Below are positions 55,536-59,783 of a stretch of 59,783 bases of DNA, one piece after another. The notes beneath the pieces were generated by a model. It searched no databases. It had not been told where the DNA came from and worked only from the letters and a program-made list of their open reading frames with translations. Location: contig CAZKPE010000003.1 in NCBI GenBank assembly GCA_964554545.1, forward strand, positions 1 to 59,783, in the 5' to 3' direction. This DNA is from an uncultured Lewinella sp. (GTDB taxonomy: Bacteria; Bacteroidota; Bacteroidia; Chitinophagales; Saprospiraceae). The position numbers and the translations under genes are program-made. The first letter of the stretch is position 1, and each line of letters opens with the position of its first letter.

Positions 55536-56057
55536 GTGAATTTTTTGTCCAGTAACCTGCGATGTCTCAGAAAGCAGCGGAAGCTATCTCAGCAGCAATT
55601 AGCGGATGACCTGGGGGTGAAACGTAGCAATATCGCCGCTTACGAGACCAAGAACGTGGAACCGCGACTTTCGCTGTTGAAGCGGATGGCGGATTACTTC
55701 GGCGTTCCCTTAGCCAGTTTTATCCTCCGGGATCTGTCGCAGTTGAGCCCCATTCAGCTTCAATCCCTGGATCAGCAGCGTGAAGGGGGGGTCGACGGTT
55801 TGTCGCGACCCTCCGTGGAGGAGATACGACAGATACTAGACAAGCTTCAACGGGCGGTTGATGGCTTCCGCGTTTTTTACGAGTTCAAGAGGAATTCCGG
55901 TGACGAAGCCGCACCCCGGCAGACTGGTGACATCGACAACTTCCTGGTTTTCATTGACCACATTGCCGAGTACCAACGGCAGATCAACGATACACTGAAG
56001 CCTCCGGACGTGCTCACAATGAGTGATGACGACGGCCGGGACGCGCTCGCTGGTTAG
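55536..56057 (+). CDS. XRE-family HTH transcriptional regulator
   Basis: NLRCLRKQRKLSQQQLADDLGVKRSNIAAYE and MADYFGV motifs. Confidence 0.9.
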   Translation: MNFLSSNLRCLRKQRKLSQQQLADDLGVKRSNIAAYETKNVEPRLSLLKRMADYFGVPLASFILRDLSQLSPIQLQSLDQQREGGVDGLSRPSVEEIRQILDKLQRAVDGFRVFYEFKRNSGDEAAPRQTGDIDNFLVFIDHIAEYQRQINDTLKPPDVLTMSDDDGRDALAG

Positions 56058-56058
56058 G

Positions 56059-56592
56059 CTAGCCGATCTCGTCGGCTATACGTTGTAGGCGCAGGGCGAT
56101 CTCATCACTTGCCGGTAGGTTTAGCTGGCGAATCTGGGCGATACTTTTGCGCAGTTCGATTTGCGCCCGCCGTTTGCGCTCCCAGTCCTCTTCCCGTTTG
56201 GCTAGGTTCTTGCGATTTCGTTCAATGACCTGCTCGAGCAGTTCGGGCAGATTGCGCAGGTTCTCCTTGAGCAGATATCCATTGGCTCCGGATAGAACTG
56301 CTTCTGCCACTTTTTCCTCATTGTTCAGGATGCCGGTAATAAAGATGAACGGAGTGCCATCGAGGTGTTCCCGCACATGGATCAGTGCCTCGAGCCCGTT
56401 CATGTCCGGCAAGTTGTAGTCAGATAGAACAATGTCTGGCTGGAAAACCGTCACCTTCTCCTCAAACTCACTTCGATGGCGGGCAACGGCAAAGAGTACA
56501 TTGGGGTTGAACTTGCGGACCTGTCGTTTTACCAATTCCAGGTCGACCGGCATATCCTCGAGAATGAAAACCTTGAAAATTTCGTCGCTCAC
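56059..56592 (-). CDS. Response regulator (REC domain + short coiled coil)
   Basis: ILED, VLSDYNLPDMNG, FITG and YLLK; no DNA-binding domain. Confidence 0.88.
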   Translation of the reverse strand: MSDEIFKVFILEDMPVDLELVKRQVRKFNPNVLFAVARHRSEFEEKVTVFQPDIVLSDYNLPDMNGLEALIHVREHLDGTPFIFITGILNNEEKVAEAVLSGANGYLLKENLRNLPELLEQVIERNRKNLAKREEDWERKRRAQIELRKSIAQIRQLNLPASDEIALRLQRIADEIG

Positions 56593-56618
56593 TGAGGCGG
56601 GGTGTTTTGGGTCAGGAT

Positions 56619-56942
56619 CTAGGAGTGCCGCTCGATTAGCTCGGTGATGGTACGGCCGCCGATGGCCCCCATTACACGATCGATCAACTCGCCATCTTTG
56701 ACGAACAGCAAGCCCGGTGGGTTGGTCACATTGAACACTTTACAGATGCGGGGTGAACGTTCCACGTCAGCCACTCCGAACTGCACTTTGGCGTAACCGC
56801 TGGAGATACTTTCCAGCAGAGTCCGCATGATGATGCCGTGGCCGTCCCAGGAAGAGGTGATCAGCAGTACGGTAAGGCCCGTTCGACCCAGGAGATCGCT
56901 CAGTTTACCGTCCGTTGTTAGTGTCAGATTCTGACTTTGCAT
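56619..56942 (-). CDS. Thioredoxin-fold protein lacking CxxC
   Basis: SSWDGHG in place of WCGPC; ADVER, FNVTNPPGLLFVKDGELIDRVMG. Confidence 0.75.
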   Translation of the reverse strand: MQSQNLTLTTDGKLSDLLGRTGLTVLLITSSWDGHGIIMRTLLESISSGYAKVQFGVADVERSPRICKVFNVTNPPGLLFVKDGELIDRVMGAIGGRTITELIERHS

Positions 56943-57182
56943 CCCTGTGTAAATAGGCAACCCGCCTGGTCAACCGATAGCCTAAATCAATTGGGCGGAT
57001 TGTGCACATAACCGGAGCGAAAGAATCATGTTCGCACAATTCAAGGTTATTGAGCGGGAGGGGGAAGAGGGCCGTGAACAACACCTGGCAGGCTTACTGT
57101 ATTTAATGAATTACTTGCATTGCAGACGGTCTTAGATTGGACGCACTTCCATAGTGGGCTGGTTTTGTGATGTTTAGCTATA

Positions 57183-57197
57183 TGGCATGATGTTTGT
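57183..57197 (+). promoter_or_regulatory. Putative sigma54 (-24/-12) promoter of the ECF sigma gene
   Basis: TGGCATGATGTTTGT has exact GG-N10-G spacing. Confidence 0.55.
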
Positions 57198-57250
57198 TGT
57201 CATACATTCCGAGTGCAGATCACCTTCACATACACTTTTACGTACCACGC

Positions 57251-57763
57251 ATGACCAACCAGCAGTTTATGTCCGAAATGGACCGCCTTGAAAACATTCT
57301 TTTTTCTTTCGCGCTCAGACTTACCCGCAACTACGAAGACGCCCAGGACCTCATGCAGGAAACCATTTTCCGAGCGTACAAGCACCGCGATAAATTCGCA
57401 ATGGGAACCAATTTTAAGAGTTGGTCCTCCACCATCATGCGGAACACCTACATCAACCGCTACCGGAAGATGAAAAGTCGCAAGCACGTCAACGAGCCGG
57501 TGGAAAGTTTTCTCTTTGCCGTCGAGAACAAGAGCGCCATTGCCAACGGGGGGGAGATGAACATGCGCATGGAGGAGTTGGAAGACAAGCTGCGGCAGAT
57601 CAGCGAGATCTACAGCGTACCCTTTCTGATGTTCTACCGAGGCTACGAGTACAAGGAGATTGCCAGCTACCTCAACATTCCGATCGGGACGGTTAAGAGC
57701 CGCATCTTTCTGGCGCGGAAAAAACTGAAGGCGCTGATCGGGGAACGTCCCGCGGCGGTCTAG
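57251..57763 (+). CDS. ECF RNA polymerase sigma factor
   Basis: ATG at 57251; DAQDLMQET, NFKSW..TIMRN and YKEIA.YLNIPIGTVKSRIFLARKKL. Confidence 0.93.
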   Translation: MTNQQFMSEMDRLENILFSFALRLTRNYEDAQDLMQETIFRAYKHRDKFAMGTNFKSWSSTIMRNTYINRYRKMKSRKHVNEPVESFLFAVENKSAIANGGEMNMRMEELEDKLRQISEIYSVPFLMFYRGYEYKEIASYLNIPIGTVKSRIFLARKKLKALIGERPAAV

Positions 57764-57961
57764 TAACCCATTCCCGCTTCGGCGGTAAGACAACTTTAAG
57801 AAGGGCGGATTTGTAAGTAACGGGGAGTCGGTCGTACTTTCGTGCCGCCCCCTGTGTCCGCACTCACCTTGCACGGCTTGCGGATACATCGCCGTTACCG
57901 GTCCCTAAGCAAACCAACCTAGGCTTACGGTAGTGGCTATTTCTGGATTAAGCCCTCCTAG

Positions 57962-58945
57962 ATGAGACGCGAAAAGTTTGTTTTCAATCAGCGCACCCTT
58001 CAATACGAGCGGGTGGTGGAGCCTCTCAGTTTTACCCTGCTACGCGCTTTCGGGTTCTCTTGTGCCGCTTTACTTGCCGGGGTCATACTCATGGCTTTCG
58101 TGCATCGCTTCTTTCCCAGCCCGAGCGAACGCATGCTGATGCAGGAGCTGGAAATCGCACGGGCGGAAAACGCTGCGCTGGCCGCTCAATACGACGAGTT
58201 GTCGGAAGTTGTCGGTCACCTCCACAACAGAAGCAACAATACGGTACGACTAGCCCTGCGTATGGATCCGGTAGACGATGATGTCTTCCGCGGCGGCGTG
58301 GGTGGTCACGAAGCATACGATGAACTTCGTGATTTGCCGAATGTAGGTAGTTCGATGGCTGACCTCCGGGAAAAAGCCGATCGCCTGCGGCACCAGATTG
58401 ATTTGCACAGCCGATCAATCGACGAGGTTGCCGAAATGGCCCTACGCAAAGAGGACATGCTCGCCTCCATCCCGAGCATCAAGCCCGTACGGGGGGATCA
58501 GTTCGCCCGGAAGATGGAAAACCTTTCCGGTTTCGGTCACCGCATCCATCCCGTACTTGGCGTTAAACGGATGCACTACGGTATCGACTTCAACAGTCCG
58601 CGGGGTACCGAGATTCAGGCTACCGGCAAGGGGCGCGTCGTTTTCGCCGGGTACAACCCCACTTACGGCAACTGCGTTGTGATCGATCATGGCTACGGCT
58701 TCCGGTCACGTTACGCCCACATGAGCAACGTCGAGGTGAAGCGTGGGCAGCAGGTCGACCGCGGGCACCTACTCGGGCTGGTCGGCAGTACGGGGCTTTC
58801 CACCGGCGACCATCTGCATTATGAAATTGAAAAGGACGGCGTGAAGGTCGATCCGATCCAGTACTGCTACGACGGCCTGACCCCGGAAGAATACCAGGAA
58901 TTGGTCGAAGCCGCCCGTCAGGTGAACATGTCGTTCGACGAATAG
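57962..58945 (+). CDS. M23 family peptidoglycan endopeptidase
   Basis: N-terminal TM and coiled coil; IPSIKP, MHYGID, YAHM and HLHYE. Confidence 0.92.
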   Translation: MRREKFVFNQRTLQYERVVEPLSFTLLRAFGFSCAALLAGVILMAFVHRFFPSPSERMLMQELEIARAENAALAAQYDELSEVVGHLHNRSNNTVRLALRMDPVDDDVFRGGVGGHEAYDELRDLPNVGSSMADLREKADRLRHQIDLHSRSIDEVAEMALRKEDMLASIPSIKPVRGDQFARKMENLSGFGHRIHPVLGVKRMHYGIDFNSPRGTEIQATGKGRVVFAGYNPTYGNCVVIDHGYGFRSRYAHMSNVEVKRGQQVDRGHLLGLVGSTGLSTGDHLHYEIEKDGVKVDPIQYCYDGLTPEEYQELVEAARQVNMSFDE

Positions 58946-58971
58946 ACCGTCACTTAGTCAACTAATTTGGA

Positions 58972-59011
58972 AAGGGTAGCTGTCCGCGGATGGCTGCCCT
59001 TCTCTCGTTTT
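58972..59011 (+). terminator. Intrinsic terminator after the M23 gene
   Basis: Stem AAGGGTAGCTGTCC/GGATGGCTGCCCTT with G-U pairs, followed by CTCTCGTTTT. Confidence 0.6.
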
Positions 59012-59020
59012 CCGATCCCC

Positions 59021-59042
59021 CTTGCACCTGCGCCCGCGCCCA
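59021..59042 (+). repeat. Dispersed motif copy CTTGCACCTGCGCCCGCGCCCA
   Basis: Intergenic, upstream of the rpsF promoter; identical to the reverse complement of 1495-1516. Confidence 0.85.
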
Positions 59043-59078
59043 AATCAAAATGGCGTTGGTGGGGGAGGGAAAAAGCAG

Positions 59079-59086
59079 TATCTTTG
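59079..59086 (+). promoter_or_regulatory. Bacteroidota -7 promoter element of rpsF-rpsR
   Basis: TATCTTTG, a perfect TAnnTTTG match. Confidence 0.7.
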
Positions 59087-59161
59087 CACCCGCTTTGGAC
59101 CCACCCGTGGGTTTGGGGCATGCGAAACCACTTTTATTAATCATTCAGTACACCTGATCCG

Positions 59162-59632
59162 ATGAGAAATTACGAGACTACCTTCATCGTAGACCCCACG
59201 CTGTCCGGGGAAGAGATCAAAGCGACAGCTCAGGCGTACGTAGACGCCCTCCAGAAGGAGGACTGTGAAATCGTCTTCGTGGATGAAATGGGCCTGCGCA
59301 CGCTGGCCTACGACATCAACAAGCGGAACAACGGGGTCTACTACTGTGTGGAGTATACCGCTCCAAACGGCGCCTTCCTGAAGAACTACGAACTTGGCAT
59401 GCGCCGGGACGAACGCATCCTGCGCTTTCTGACCGTGGCCCTGGACAAGTACGGCGTTCAGTACAACGCCGACAAGCGCGCCGGTAAGATCGGCAAAGCC
59501 AAACGCCACAAGCAGGAGAAGCCGGCCAAGAACGAGCCCGCTGCCCATGGTATCAGCCGCAAGAAGGCTGACGCCCCCCACCTCACCGGCGTGCCTTCGG
59601 GCGACGCCGAGTCGTTCAAAGAGGAGGAATAA
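59162..59632 (+). CDS. rpsF: 30S ribosomal protein bS6
   Basis: MRNYETTFI, MGLRTLAYDI, GVYY and RDERILRFL motifs. Confidence 0.95.
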   Translation: MRNYETTFIVDPTLSGEEIKATAQAYVDALQKEDCEIVFVDEMGLRTLAYDINKRNNGVYYCVEYTAPNGAFLKNYELGMRRDERILRFLTVALDKYGVQYNADKRAGKIGKAKRHKQEKPAKNEPAAHGISRKKADAPHLTGVPSGDAESFKEEE

Positions 59633-59661
59633 CCACAGTAGTAACCTAAAGACAAACCATC

Positions 59662-59783
59662 ATGGCCAGTCGCGATGATATCAAGTTCCTCTCCAACCCC
59701 AAGATTGGAGGCCGCCGCAAGAAGTACTGTCGTTTCCGCCGTTACGGCATCAAGTACATCGACTACAAGGACCCCGACTTCCT
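59662..59783 (+). CDS. rpsR: 30S ribosomal protein bS18 (partial)
   Basis: Manual translation MASRDDIKFLSNPKIGGRRKKYCRFRRYGIKYIDYKDPDF. Confidence 0.93.
   Translation, partial: MASRDDIKFLSNPKIGGRRKKYCRFRRYGIKYIDYKDPDF

Noticed and set aside
54439-56057. Prophage remnant (holin-family gene plus XRE repressor)
   Set aside because: No integrase, structural or lysin genes. The YtxH/YqjE-like context is a cellular stress module.
3510-57250. Upstream-extended starts in the ORF track (e.g. 3510, 8268, 14570, 24419, 37823, 50907, 55459, 57194)
   Set aside because: The extensions overlap neighbouring genes or promoters. Downstream ATGs give proper signal peptides or family N-termini.
59095-59161. 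S6:S18 autoregulatory leader (CCCAC-CC-GTGGG hairpin)
   Set aside because: The position is plausible, but I cannot match it to the known model by eye; it needs an Infernal search.

Overview
GC-rich chromosomal window from a Bacteroidota genome. The evidence is TAnnTTTG-type -7 promoters, no obvious Shine-Dalgarno sites and a SusC/SusD pair; a Saprospirales/Lewinellaceae-like origin is my inference. About 50 CDS are present. Housekeeping genes include fabH, lptF/G, hisF, hisIE, recG, rlmB, secG, rpsF and partial rpsR. There is a nucleotide-sugar/EPS operon (wcaI-like, wcaJ-like, gmd, uxs-like, ugd, fcl), a GH2, an orphan ParA with an RHH-like partner, an Omp85-type protein and a sAC-like twin-cyclase/STAND/TPR protein. 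A SusC/SusD locus with no CAZyme carries a Tat-exported PLP aminotransferase and an AEC-type permease, opposite an uncharacterised helical protein. A stress/regulatory cluster (YtxH, holin-like, PRC, XRE, REC, Cys-less thioredoxin, ECF sigma) lies near the right end. I saw no rRNA, tRNA, CRISPR array, integrase or transposase. The most notable unexplained signals are: (1) a non-palindromic 18-22 bp motif, TGCACCTGCGCCCGCGCCC, dispersed in both orientations through coding and intergenic DNA; (2) the SusCD-aminotransferase-permease locus with its candidate novel regulator; (3) a candidate ~95-nt sRNA complementary to start-codon regions; (4) altered nucleotide-specificity residues in the cyclase. 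All calls were made by eye and no searches were run.
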